Shown: positions 51,401-64,000, numbered from the stretch's first letter. The stretch is 64,000 nt of DNA from Trichoplax adhaerens (GCF_000150275.1 NW_002060945.1:2627172-2691171), one strand, 5' to 3'. The notes: generated by a model from the sequence alone, not told the origin. Made by a program: numbers and translations.

Positions 51401-52235
51401 GAAAATAATATTATGTACCTTAAATATTTATGCATAGGTACTGGATCAGAATGGAAGTCATAACTAATTAGCTTACACCAAGCAAAGGCCTTGGGATTGC
51501 TTTACTACAAGTGCATGACTATCCGATCTCATCTGGGTTGTGTATGATACTACGTCAAAGTTGTATCTTGTAATATTATACTGCCTAGTACAAGAAATTC
51601 AGTTTTTCACCCATCAAGCACAGAATAAGGGACTGACGTAATTACATATGATTCAATCAACATGAGTAATATCTATTTATTAATAGTACAATATCAATGA
51701 CAATAACTTCTCGTTCATTCATTGCTTAGTTTGATTTTTGATTTTATTCCAAGCAAATACACGATCAAGCAAGATGATGGACTACAAAACGAGTAGAGAG
51801 ACTAATCTTTTGAATTACAGTATCGTATTATCTAGACTACATAATATCATCAATCATGAGACTTTGAAGTATTCGCAAACTATGACATCAAGCATCATCG
51901 TATGACTTGTTTAAGTCATTGCAATAAGTACAACTTACAGGATCTATTCCAACCTGTTTAAGTATTTATCCTTTATTACTTTCACTAAGACTGTAGTACT
52001 GATCGTCAGTTTAAACTCATGTTGTAGTTAAGTAGTCATCTGAATAAGAAGACTATTCCAGCTATCCAACTAGTTATCTTATCCTATACAGTATCTATCC
52101 GTCTACCTTTTGCGGCGTACTGGCCATATGAGCACCAGACTCGATATCCGCTAGAGACGAATTATCAGGAGGACGAGTATAATCTTCCACAATCTCACGA
52201 GCATTTTTAGCAGCTTCACTAATTCGATTCCACAT
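36496..52235 (-). CDS. GOLGB1: Giant tail-anchored coiled-coil golgin, giantin-like (~4,000 aa)
   Basis: First coding exon 52107-52235 (MWNRISEAAKNAREIV). Next exons encode QLKNIIRERDKTLE and KLKTVTLQAKAKITRLN, resembling the giantin N-terminus (ELKDIIRQKD..KLKLHAKAKLTSLN, from memory). One 10,053-bp E/K/L-rich exon (37951-48003). Several small 3' exons; last exon 36496-36607 encodes TM RIWVVIYFALLHVALISLFVTRSF*, with the Y....H motif of the giantin/golgin-84/CASP anchors. Confidence 0.8.
39900..42700 (-). repeat. Four tandem 738-bp (246-aa) coding repeats inside the golgin rod
   Basis: KAKQ-encoding words at 42574, 41836, 41098 and 40360, exactly 738 bp apart; a fifth degenerate copy (TAKQ) at 39454. 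Confidence 0.85.
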
Positions 52236-52651
52236 CTTGTACTACGCTTAGCTAATCTATATCATGGAGAATTATGGTAAAGAAGGAAGAATCGCAGACT
52301 TAATTCATAGTACGATTGATTACGTTGATTCACAGTCATTAATAATTACTATTCATAATAATATCCAGTTATGGTAAGTACGCTTACCTACTATTGAACA
52401 CGCGTACCAACACGTCAAGAACTTGAGCGACTTTTTAGGCCTATCCACCCATATGATTTAGTCAAGCGTCGTAGTAAAGTAGAATTCAATCAACACTCAC
52501 TCGTGGTGCTATCAATTCTAATCAAACTAGGTGTGGAGACGACTAAATTTCAAGAATATTTTAAAGACGTTATAAGCTTGTTAATGAATAAATGACGAGA
52601 ATATTTTCATCCAGTTAGGACAGAGTCCCTTGACCTGCGGCCATTTACTAC

Positions 52652-55468
52652 GTGGCCACTGGTGTTGTTCAAGCAGTACTTTACGCTACTATCCACTGTC
52701 CACTGCCCACTGTACACTGTACGTACAGAGACCACACAGTGTACAGTACTTTACACTCGTCATTTATGCAGTACTTTGCATCCTACACTGTACAGTGAAG
52801 TTCTGGCAAGAGAGAAGGAGAGACGGACATCTACGATACGGTAGGGTCTTGGACTGTCTACTGTGCAGACGGACAGACTGGCTACTAGAAAGACACCGAC
52901 AACCAGCGGCAAGGCCATTGGAAATTTCCAATCGGACTCCAAATAAAAAGAGATCGATGGTGCTGTGCCTCAGAACATACCTACGCCTCAAGTCTAAAAG
53001 TAGTGTGTGTAATGGAGTCTCTTCTAGTTGGCTGCTAAGTGGCCACCGGTGTTGTTCAAGCAGTACTTTACACTACTATCCACTGTCCACTGCCCACTGT
53101 ACACTGTACAGAGACCACACAGTGTACAGTACTTTACACTCGTCATTTATGCAGTACTTTACATCCTACACTGTACAGTACAGTGAAGTTCTGGCAAGAG
53201 AGAAGGAGAGACGGACATCTACGATGCGGTAGGGTCTTGGACTGTCTACTGTGCAGACGGACAGACTGGCTACTAGAAAGACACCGACAACCAGCGGCAA
53301 GGCCATTGGAAATTTCCAATCGGACTCCAAATAAAAAGAGATCGATGGCGCTGTGCCTCAGAACATACCTACGCCTCAACTCTAAAAGTAGTGTGTGTAA
53401 TGGAGTCTCTTCTAGTTGGCTGCTAAGTGGCCACCGGTATTGTTCAAGCAGTACTTTACACTACTATCCACTGTCCACTGCCCACTGTACACTGTACAGC
53501 AGTGTTTAAAATACTGTACTGTACATGGCGGGATGGGCGTGACTCGTACTGTACAGTACAGTACACTGTACTGTGAAGTTCTGGCAAGAGAGAAGGAGAG
53601 ACGCGGGCATCTACGATACGGTAGGGTCTTGGACTGTCTACTGTGCAGACGGACAGACTGGCTACTAGAAAGACACCGACAACCAGCGGCAAGGCCATGG
53701 AAATTTCCAATCGGACTCCAAATGAAAAGAGNNNNNNNNNNNNNNNNNNNNNNNNNNNNNNNNNNNNNNNNNNNNNNNNNNGCTTAGTTTGATTTTTGAT
53801 TTTATTCCAAGCAAATACACGATCAAGCAAGATGATGGACTGCAAAACGAGTAGAGAGACTAATCTTTTGAATTACAGTATCGTATTATCTAGACTACAT
53901 AATATCATCAATCATGAGACTTTGTAGTATTCGCAAACTATGACATCAAGCATCATCGTATGACTTGTTTAAGTCATTGCAATAAGTACAACTTACTGGA
54001 TCTATTCCAACCTGTTTTAGTATTTATCCTTCATTGCTTTCACTAAGACTATAGTACTGATCGTCAGTTTAAACTCATGTTGTAGTTATGTAGTCATCTG
54101 AATAAGAAGACTATTCCAGCTATCCAACTAGTTATCTTATCCTATACAGTATCTATCCGTCTACCTTTTGCGGCGTACTGGCCATATGAGCACCAGACTC
54201 GATATCCGCTAGAGACGAATTATCAGGAGGACGAGTATAATCTTCCACAATCCCACGAGCATTTTTAGCAGCTTCACTAATTCGATTCCACATCTTGTAC
54301 TACGCTTAGCTAATCTATATCGTGGAGAATTATGGTAAAGAAGGAAGAATCGCTGACTTAATTCATAGTACGATTGATTACGTTGATTCACAGTCATTAA
54401 TAATTACTATTCATAATAATATCCAGTTATGGTAAGTACGCTTACCTACTATTGAACACGCGTACCAACACGTCAAGAACTTGAGCGACTTTTTAGGCCT
54501 ATCCACCCATATGATTTAGTCAAGCGTCGTAGTAAAATAGAATTCAATCAACACTCACTCGTGGTGCTATCAATTCTAATCAAACTAGGCGTGGAGACGA
54601 CCAAGTTTCAAGAATATTTTAAAGACGTTATAAGCTTGTTAATGAATAAATGACGAGAATATTTTCATCCAGTTAGGACAGAGTCCCTTGACCTGCGGCC
54701 ATTTACTACGTGGCCACTGGTGTTGTTCAAGCAGTACTTTACGCTACTATCCACTGTCCACTGCCCACTGTACACTGTACGTACGAGACCACACAGTGTA
54801 CAGTACTTTACACTCGTCATTTATGCAGTACTTTGCATCCTACACTGTACAGCGAAGTTCTGGCAAGAGAGAAAGAGAGACGGACATCTACGATACGGTA
54901 GGGTCTTGGACTGTCTACTGTGCAGACAGACAGACTGGCTACTAGAAAGACACCGACAACCAGCGGCAAGGCCATTGGAAATTTCCAATCGGACTCCAAA
55001 TAAAAAGAGATCGATGGCGCTGTGCCTCAGAACATACCTACGCCTCAAGTCTAAAAGTAGTGTGTGTAATGGAGTCTCTTCTAGTTGGCTGCTAAGTGGC
55101 CACCGGTGTTGTTCAAGCAAAACTTTACACTGCTATCCACTGTCCACTGCCCACTGTACTGTACTGTACACTGTACAGAGACCACACAGTGTACAGTACT
55201 TTACACTCGTCATTTATGCAGTACTTTGCATCCTACACTGTACTGTACAGTGTTCTGTGAAGTTCTGGCAAGAGAGAAAGAGAGACGGACATCTACGATA
55301 CGGTAGGATCTTGGACTGTCTACTGTGCAGACGGACAGACTGGCTACTAGAAAGACACCGACAACCAGCGGCAAGGCCATTGGAAATTTCCAATCGGACT
55401 TCAAATAAAAAGAGATCGATGGCGCTGTGCTTCAGAACATACCTACGCCTTAAGTCTAAAAGTAGTGA
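52652..55468. repeat. ~387-bp tandem repeat units in the divergent golgin/LARP6 upstream region
   Basis: Units start at 52652, 53039, 53427 (cut by the gap), 54710 and 55096 with gtggccac(t/c)ggt(g/a)ttgttcaagca. Confidence 0.9.
53732..53781. other. Assembly gap (50 N)
   Basis: Run of n characters. Confidence 0.99.
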
Positions 55469-56564
55469 AATGGAGTCCGTAGAGTGCAATCGCCCTATGG
55501 TGTCTTGTAGTTGGCTGCTACATAAAAAGAGACAAGGTGCAACAACAGAGAAAACCTTGTATCTACAGTACTGTATATATCACAATATACCCAATTGGTT
55601 GTTATGACAGTAACTAGACTAGTGGATATGACTACAAGGGGGCTTTGACCGCTTTTCTATCCAGACAAAACAAAACCGCACGTTCGCATCTTTTGACTTG
55701 TCAACCAAGCTTGAAGCAAGCATCCACGGGACCACCAGCGCTTGCAGAGGAATGGTTGATAACGCCAGCGATTGCTAGAGCTTCCCCTATTGGTTTCTAT
55801 TTTAATCGTAGGTAAGATGTTCTCCTCTATCTGCAAGCTTAAATACCCATCATGGATTGGAAGAATGTTGTGATCGTAAAATACTCCATTCAGTGCTACA
55901 AGTACATTGCATTCGTTTCCAGATCTTGTTTTTCCCCAATCTCAATATTCGAAGCGTCCAATTTCAACTCGCGAGCAAGCTTATTCAGTGTAATACACTA
56001 TCACCATCACATGCATGATACTGTAGAGTAGAGGACAGGCTGACATCCAACCAGTCCAATGGCCCAATCAATAATCAACAGTCGAGGATGGATAAAATCC
56101 AACACCTCCAACTTGATCAATAAATTCCTCTTCTAAGCTAGTCATCCTGCGATTATTAGCAATCACCAAGTGGGACATAGAAATGGACATGTTTGCTAAT
56201 GACTGTAGTCTATCCATGACTACGCACAAATTAATGTGACATCGTTGACAGAATGTAGAAATTGATCATTGGTGTCACTGCATCTGTTCTAGCCAATACT
56301 GTATCCATAACTCTACCATAGTTGCACGTCGAGTAAACGTAGCACCCGGTCGGTATGATGTCTTTTCCAAGTTTGATTAGTTGATTTAATTAAATGGTTT
56401 ACATGGCTGTTTACTCATTCCTTGAAATTCTATTTATGTTCTTGCCGTTGTAGGCTTGTTGATAGCTTCTCGTTGGCCGTTGAGCAAGTTAGTGTAGGCA
56501 ACGTCAAAAGTAGACTCAAAATCAACCTCCCCCCCCCCCCAAAAAAAACAATCATTGAAGCACA

Positions 56565-58594
56565 ATGAGCGTGGATAATTTTGGTAACGACTCGGTTGAT
56601 GAGTTAATCAGCGATATGGAACTACTATCGGCTGAAATGGATAAATCGATTCAATGATGATAAAAGTGGTGCAGACAGTGGAAGAGAAGGGAGTGAATTG
56701 ACCAATACAAATAGCGGTAGACAAATGCAACTAACACGTGATCGAATTATCGAACGTATCGAATTCTATTTTAGTAACGAATATTTGATGGGAAATTCCT
56801 TTTTTAACCAAGCACATTAAAAAAAATCGTGAAGGTTATGTTAGTATAACCTTGATCACCTCATTTAAAAAAGTCAAATGTCTCACGCGTGATTGGAATA
56901 TTGTTGCCGAGGCGTTAAAATATTCCCAAAAGTTAGAAGTAAATCAAGAAGGGAAAAAAGTCAAGCGTAAAGATCCATTACCCGAATACTTAAAAATTGC
57001 TGCCGAAAATAAAGGCATTAAAACAGTGGTAGCCTACAATTTACCACCCAAATATAGTAATATTAGCGGAGTAAGCAATTTATTCTCAACTTATGGTGAG
57101 ATTTTGTTGGCAAGAATTATTCGACCCAATGATAACATCCCCGACGATTTAAAACCTGCTAAAGCTTATCATTCACAATTAGGGCAAGAAACTTGCGCCT
57201 TTGTTGAATTTGATAAGCCTGAACACGCATTGCGATGTATCGAAGGCCTAACTCAAGCGGATAGGCAAGATTTGGATGGAATTGGTGTTACTTTATTAAA
57301 CTTAAAAATAAAACAATCAACTCTTGATAAAATTAAGGAAATGGAAGCTAAAGCCAAAAGTGATTCAGCCTCACAAGATGAGAAAGAGAAAAAATCCAAA
57401 CGAAAAAAGAAGAAAAATAAACGACTGGATGAATTGCTCAATGTTCGTGATGACGTTAGCACATGCAGTTCTGACGATGCTGAAGGTGCACCAAGACGAA
57501 GAAGTGCTCCAATTCCTATAGGTAAGAACCTCCATTTGAAGGTTATTTCCAAATTGCCCTACGTTGTTCGACTGTATTTCTCCATTGTTCCCGCATATTG
57601 CGCCGTACATGCATCTAAAGTAATAAATGTTACGCTTTCAAAAGAGTTCAACAAAGTTTCTTTACTAGCAGACGATCTGAACGATAAAATTCTTTTCCTT
57701 GAACTTGATCCTTATTCCGATTTCAATAAGATAATCAACGTCAAATTTCTTCTTATTATAGCTTACTTAACGTACATGCTTTGAAATACATCTCTCCTTC
57801 TAATTGATCACCAAAAGTAATGAATCAACTTTTTATATTATCTTCATTAAGAGATACACGGTAGTATACGAAGCGCCTGTCTATGTTTCCATTTGGTACA
57901 TGCAATTGCTGTAGTTAGTATATAAAATATGATCGGAGACAATTAATTGGTATAATGCAATTTTATAAAACGTGATTACATGATCTATAGAGAACATAAA
58001 TTGATTGTAGATGTGAACTTAGCACATCGTCGAGCACATTTTTCGCTATAATCGGTATACCCCCAATGTACCGTATAAAATGGTAAAATCTGCTACCGTT
58101 GCTTTAGTTCAAAGTTGCATGATCGTCTTTAGATTGTAAATCTGCCATAGCGTTATCACCTCTAGGCTTATAATTTAATAATTATGAAACACAATAGATT
58201 ATTTACATTGAGATACTGATCAACTACGCTTAATAATACTGATGCTTATTACATCTATATGGTTCGATGATTTCTTGTAGGTAAGGACTCTAGTAAAGGT
58301 ACCCTTGGACCTGATAGAGGTCGTCGTTTTGACTCTCCCCGAGGCAATAGTCCTAGAAATAGCTCTGATTCATGGAAAAGGAGCGATTATTCATCAGACA
58401 GTTGTGCTCATAGTCCATGGTCTAGACGACCACGCAGTGATGGCGGTAGTCCACGAGCTAGTCCCTTGCCGCCTCGTCGAAGCTTCTCGCGTACTAATAA
58501 AATTCAAATGGAAGGCGTTATCCGCCCGCCTATCGGACCTGATGGCACAAGAGGCTTTAAAATTGGTCGAGGTACCAGACCTATACTTAACTAA
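56565..58594 (+). CDS. LARP6: La-related protein 6 (La motif + RRM + C-terminal SUZ-C/LSA motif), with apparent +1 frameshift(s) near the 5' end
   Basis: RIEFYFSNEYL..FLTKHIKKNREGYVSITLITSFKKVKCLTRDW..ALKYSQKLEVN..KVKRKDPLP (La motif); RRM with CAFVEF; donor at 57521/57522; last exon 58281-58594 ends VIRPPIGPDGTRGFKIGRG. A 6-T run at 56800-56805 breaks the frame. Confidence 0.9.
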
Positions 58595-61510
58595 TGTTCG
58601 ATCTTTAAGCGGAAAGAGGACTATGATACTATGATTGCTTAATTTTATAGCTACCTATGTACTCATTGTTAAACCCTTACTGTATTTTCTGGTACACTTT
58701 TGAAGGTATAAACATCACTATCAGTAAACTAACATTTTTGGCGATATCCTATACTGTAGATGCTATTGTAAGTAGCATATACTACATCGCCATTTATGAT
58801 TGTACTAATACAAAATATGGATTCATAATACAGTACAGTTAATTACGAATCCCAAGCAAACGCTTAATGAAAAAGATTTTTGCATGAATAACCTATGGCA
58901 GTAAATGTACGTGTATGTGTGTGCGTGGATAAAAGCATTACATCTCGTTTAAGTTGCCAATGTTATCATGTAACCTCTCACTGGCAGTGACCTTAACTAA
59001 TTTTTAAAATCACAGCTATCGAAGAGATTGTGTACATAGATATCGAATGTAAAGTATGTAAAATACGCCAAAAAAATTATAATAGGTGCATGAGAGCAAT
59101 AGTCGCCATAAGTATCCACTATATTCAGTATTATACTATCAAATTTTCACTACAACGCTGAAAATTTATCTCTAAGATATAAATTTTGTTATCATAATCG
59201 GTAATGTTGTTCTTCAAAATTCACTTTATTAACCTAATTGCGAAACAATTATTACCGCAACTTTGCTTCGCTTCGTTTTTCAATGTAAGATAGTGTATTA
59301 TTATTCTTATATCTTCCTATGAATGATCTACTCATTTTTGTCATGTTTTGGTTGCTAAAGCCTATTTCGGTTATAATGTCTCGTATAAAATCATCAAATC
59401 AGTATGACTGCTGCAAAAATTTTTGTGTATAATTGTCGGTTATTATATATTGTATAGTTTTATATCAATGCATATGCATATATAGACATACATATACATA
59501 TTTCAAGATATATTTAAGTTATAGTATTCTTGTGAAGTCCGATTATAATAGTTAATATTCCATATTACGGAGCTTCACCAGGCTCTGTCGTTATCAATTT
59601 ATATTAAGCAAAAGTGCTTCTGTAAGCTCTACAGATTTTTTATTAATAATTTCAACCTCTTATAGGCGCTTTTCCTAGCTAATAAATTACAATCTGAAAT
59701 TGCTCTATTGACTACTTTTGTTATCCTTAACCTTGACTGACCTGGTCGGAAAATCTATCCATAAATCGACTATTTATTGATTCTATCGACATATGTGTTA
59801 TAATATGCAGTAATTCATCCGGAAAGCCATACATTTTTAAACTGAGAGTAAGATGACTACTTTCAGCCTACGCTGCTTGTAATTAAAAGCGCTTATCTAA
59901 TATTGTTTATACTGAGTAGCAAGCTGATCAGTGTAGTGATTGATTATGTAGACACTACAGTCTTATACCAATTTTCTACTATGTTTTATAAAATTTTGAA
60001 TCAGTTCGTTCAATGTGAATGGCCGATGCTACTACTATAGTACTCGCCATTATCAGGATTAATAGCAGAATTGCATATTCATTTCAGATCTAAAGCCAAT
60101 GTAATGTCCTTAATATACTGTATATGATGATATTATAATTTATTATACAACAATTAAGAAAAGCTTTAGTGTAAATCTTTTCATCATTTACATCGTGTCG
60201 TAGTTTCGCAGCTAATAACAGAATTAGTCAGCCAATTGCCTAAGGAGCAAACATCACTGTGCTATACAGTAGATTGGACATCGTGATGAGTAAATAACAG
60301 ACTCATATGACCTTTTATTAGTGTATAAAACGTTTTAAAAGCTTAAGGATACATGCTATATAGTAGAACAAGAAATAAAAAGCAGATACAGATCTTGAGG
60401 ACGTAAAAATGAGTTTACAGTTAAAGAAAACACTTCAATCAGTTTGCCAAAATTGTTGCCAACGGATATACTGTACACATGCAGAATATAATTGAAAGAC
60501 TTAAAGTACTATTATACACTGTACAGTATTCTTGAAAATCAATGCCATTTAAAAAATATGCAGGTTTTACGTGTACGATCTGAGAGATTATCCGAAAATA
60601 GGCCCTCCGAATATTGTATTATTATGCAATAGATTAAAATCAATTTCTAAGCAATCCTAAAATAGAGTATAATAACACATAGATGTACAGATGTTATATT
60701 GTAACATCGAAATAACTTCAACTCAGGATTAACATTTGTAATTTATCTTTAACCATCCTACCGTATATAGCAGAATATCCTCCACTATTTTTATAACAGG
60801 ATGCTATAAAGAATGCAGTGAAATTTAGGGTATCCCTACACAGGTATCTTAAAATTGCAGTAATTAAACAAAATATCACAGAATTGGTGATAGAGTTTAT
60901 GGATAAACTATAAGAAATTCTATTACACACTTGTAATGCGGTAATCATAGTGAATATTGTGCTATTTCACTCTATTTTATTCAATGTTGGTCAGGCTTTC
61001 ATCCTTCAGAATTTGCGTAAGTTCCGTTTTTCATCCAGTTCTCATTGATTCAATGCAATAACAACGTACTAAATATTGCACGACTGATGTAATACGTAGA
61101 AATACATCGAGTCATATAATTAATTCTTTAATTTAGCTATCAGGATGTTTCGGTTTCTATACTTCAATTTTAGGATTTATCAATACGAGATGTTGCTAAT
61201 TTATTTCATATCATGCATTGCAGCATATCAAAAGTAATAATTTGAGTTCGCGCATTCTTTCGGTATGGGAAAATAGTGATTGCCCATCTATTCTAATTTC
61301 CAATATCGTGTCCCTATGTATTGTACGTCTGCAGTATCTACTGTAGAGTACATATAGGCCTTTTCAGTTAGCATAGTGAGAATAGCCCAGTGCAAGAGCA
61401 CAACATATCAAGATGGCCTAACTTGAAGATTCAACGACCACTTTGAAAGGCAAAGACTCGAATGTTATTACCCAGCCTTTAATGGATAGGCCTAGATGCA
61501 ATCATTACCA

Positions 61511-62029
61511 TTAATAAAGAGCATTATTATCTTCTTTGTTTAGGAAGAAAATTTTAACGAATCCGTCTGATGTTGGCACTTGTTCGTAAAACTGAATCAG
61601 GGGCAGTGATATTAAACCGTAGGCTAAAGTAGGGATGCCTAAATTCATCGCCTTTAAAAGGGTGAATATCTTATTCTCGGTATCCAACATTTGGTACGTT
61701 CTACGCGTACAATGATATTTTATTAAAGGATAACAACCAGTTCTAAGTATATGATAATTAACGCCATCAACCTGCCAGTTAAAATGAGAAAGGGCTAACT
61801 GATCATTGTAGACGTGCTTATACTGGACAAAATAAGACGTCCAAGCCGGTTTCCCACGTTGGCGCAAGTGGGACGTCAAAACCTCAGATGCCATCGGTTT
61901 GCTCCGGATATTGCTCTTGCATACTTTACTTTGAATCCGATGGTAGCAAGACATCAATACTCCTAAGGTGGCGAAACACTTTAATCCAAGATCACGCCCA
62001 AATAAAACCGGAAATTGCTTTATGAGCAT
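61511..62029 (-). CDS. C15orf61: C15orf61-like / DUF4528 protein (true start uncertain)
   Basis: KPMASEVLTSHLRQR..WTSYFV.Y..VYNDQ..LSHFNWQVDGVNYHILRTGCYPLIKYHCTRR..LKAMNLGIPTLAYG matches the conserved DUF4528 sequence. Confidence 0.88.
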   Translation of the reverse strand: MLIKQFPVLFGRDLGLKCFATLGVLMSCYHRIQSKVCKSNIRSKPMASEVLTSHLRQRGKPAWTSYFVQYKHVYNDQLALSHFNWQVDGVNYHILRTGCYPLIKYHCTRRTYQMLDTENKIFTLLKAMNLGIPTLAYGLISLPLIQFYEQVPTSDGFVKIFFLNKEDNNALY

Positions 62030-63649
62030 TTTTGCATGAGTTTCTTTCCTGGTTCTGGTTGGCTAATGGCTACGAGTGGCAAGCTCTGTAAAGCGATGCA
62101 ATCTTAGCCGCCGTGAAGACGTTGATTGGATCAATATGTTATTTCTCCGTAGCTTTCATCAATAAATATGTCAAGCTATTCAACCATTTATTATTATCCT
62201 GGTAATCATTTATAATAGGTCTCATGCTTTGACTAAAGAAAAAGATGAAACATTTCTATATCAACAAGGGTTTTGGAACAAGGTGATTGTGAATAAAATT
62301 AGCCAATGTGGCGTAAAATGATTGCTTTTATTCCACATTACCCTTATTGGCGCAGCCAATCTCACCTAGCTCATTCATTCTCGTACCACATTTCAACTGC
62401 AGTATAAGACTGTATGTATAGACCCTGTAGTCAATGGATTTGCCTTCAAATTAAAAAGTGAGATGTAAAGCCATCCATGTATACAGAAGAACCAAACTAA
62501 TTAAATATCGTTTTCTCAAAATGATGTCGAGATGATAGAAAAGAGACATGGTGGATAAAGTTCATTCGTGCAAACATCATCTGAACGCTAATCTGCGATT
62601 TCAGTGGAATGGATCTCAGGTACTGGTTACAGCAGTACACACTGAGTATACACTCTACAGTACAGTCTGTTAACGACTGCGCATTTACCCAATACCAATC
62701 CATTCATGTTGCTAACATACTAATTAATGCTGTACTATAAAATAATTATTTCCACAGTCCATCTTCGCCTCGCAGTCAGTCAAACTTGTCGCCGAATCGT
62801 GTCTAGTATCTAGGTGTACAGATTGTAAATAGAGTCATAGAGTAGTCTTCCTGACTCTTCCGTATACGAGGACACGAACGGAGAGAGACAGTGATGCTTA
62901 AGGTCTTTAACCTTATGGTGCATGATAAGCTGAATTAAAGTATGGCTTTGTCGAAAGTATACTGAAGATAGAGGTCGAAGAAAAGCATTTTCTTTTCAAT
63001 TTACAGTACTGTAACTGAATGAAAGAAACAACCAACTGACTAAAATCACCCTGCTGATACGCTTCTCCATCGTTCAACCGCAGCACCCATAAAGGTAATT
63101 ACGGTGGCTCACAAGGCTCATATACCATCGATACTCGTGCAATAAAAAGAAAAACGCCAGATCCAACTACTGTACATTCGTAACTGCAATACAGTAATTC
63201 TTTCATCCCATTCAATGGGTCGTAAAACAAATTTTTATTCGTGCTACCAACTGTCCATACCCGCATGCACCCGAGGACATATCTAAGGTACTGCAGAAAT
63301 GTGCTGAAAGCTCGACCACCTCTGTCGATAAAAATATCCTGTACAGTACAGGAATCGGGCAGAAAGTAGTGAATGACTTCTACGATACTGTACAATTTAG
63401 ACCATACGAGTATAGCAAAGGTTGTTTGAATCATTGTTTACCGCTCTCAACTGAGATGTTAACTATTATTTTACACACCAATAATATTGAAAAATTTTGT
63501 CAATTTACTGTACGATTGTGTGTAAAAAACTTCGAATTTGCCTTCTACACTACCTACGACAATTGCTGTAGACAAACGAATAGTTTGGGTTCCTAATTAG
63601 TGTTACCGACATAAAATATTGTTCTAGAGGTCTGGAATTTGATATGCTG

Positions 63650-63755
63650 TCAGTACAGTACAGTACAGTACTGTACTGTACAGTACGTACTGTACGTACT
63701 GTACTGTAAGTGGTCAAACTTCCTGCACACGTACTGTACAGTACAGTACTGTAAA
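63650..63755. repeat. (ACAGT/ACTGT)n simple-repeat cluster
   Basis: cagtacagtacagtacagtactgtactgtacagtacgtactgtacgtactgtactgta. Confidence 0.85.
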
Positions 63756-63848
63756 CTTTCAATTCTTTACCACTGTAATCTATACCTTCCCAAAAAATAC
63801 TTTCAAATAAAAAACTGCAATATATTGATATTGTCAATTATTAATGAA

Positions 63849-63947
63849 TTATTCAATATTTTCAAGTCTGCTGTTAGTCCTCTCATAATCATATGCAATC
63901 GAAGTGAGCACAGCCTGATTTCCATCATCTTTGCGATCGAATGATAC
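63849..63947 (-). CDS. Possible terminal exon of a minus-strand gene continuing beyond the window
   Basis: ttcttag acceptor followed by an open 32-codon frame VSFDRKDDGNQAVLTSIAYDYERTNSRLENIE*; no recognisable motif. Confidence 0.25.
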   Translation of the reverse strand, partial: VSFDRKDDGNQAVLTSIAYDYERTNSRLENIE

Positions 63948-64000
63948 CTAAGAATGCTATTTAAACTACTTCGACAATCATACTGGAAATCGTCATCTCA

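Larger units (their letters stand above)
51724..55468. repeat. ~2-kb near-identical duplication (offset 2058 bp) on either side of the assembly gap, including a second copy of golgin exon 1 (54165-54293)
   Basis: 51724 onward matches 53782 onward with scattered substitutions; the second copy begins right after the N run. Confidence 0.9.

Noticed and set aside
52652-55468. CRISPR-like array or autonomous transposon
   Set aside because: Units are near-identical along their whole length with no unique spacers; no transposase/RT ORF or terminal repeats; eukaryotic context.
52630-55607. Many overlapping ORFs (up to 295 aa) on both strands
   Set aside because: They arise from the ~387-bp tandem repeat; frames are not preserved between units and no domain is recognisable.
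57522-57784. C-terminal part of the 310-aa ORF (KNLHLKVISKLPY...) and ORF 58305-58634
   Set aside because: The first is read-through into the LARP6 intron (GTAAG donor at 57522); the second is an alternative frame of the real last exon.

Overview
AT-rich, intron-dense eukaryotic DNA from an early-branching animal. The short GT-AG introns, gene content and pervasive TACAGT/ACTGTA motifs fit a placozoan (Trichoplax-like) genome, but this assignment is inference. Eight protein-coding genes can be reconstructed by hand. (1) A 5'-truncated extracellular [EGF-EGF-cbEGF-D8C]x3 + EGFx4 + fibrinogen-like-domain gene. (2) An EGF/D8C/Ig/LamG gene whose C-terminus closely resembles perlecan domains IV-V. 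(3) A 3.3-kb uninterrupted ORF fusing an IDO/PrnB-like heme oxygenase domain, an FNR-type FAD/NAD(P)H reductase and a cytochrome b5 domain. This is the most striking item: a probable self-sufficient heme oxygenase and a horizontal-transfer candidate. (4) RPL10A. (5) A kringle-EGFx3-ZP-TM protein. (6) A roughly 4,000-aa tail-anchored golgin with giantin (GOLGB1) signatures at both ends, a 10-kb exon and exact 738-bp internal repeats. (7) LARP6, with apparent frameshifts. (8) A C15orf61/DUF4528 homolog. Non-coding features include a ~210-nt foldback between the oxygenase gene and RPL10A, (ACAGT/ACTGT)n clusters, a ~387-bp tandem repeat carrying a 16-bp palindrome, and a ~2-kb duplication around an N gap that is probably an assembly artifact.
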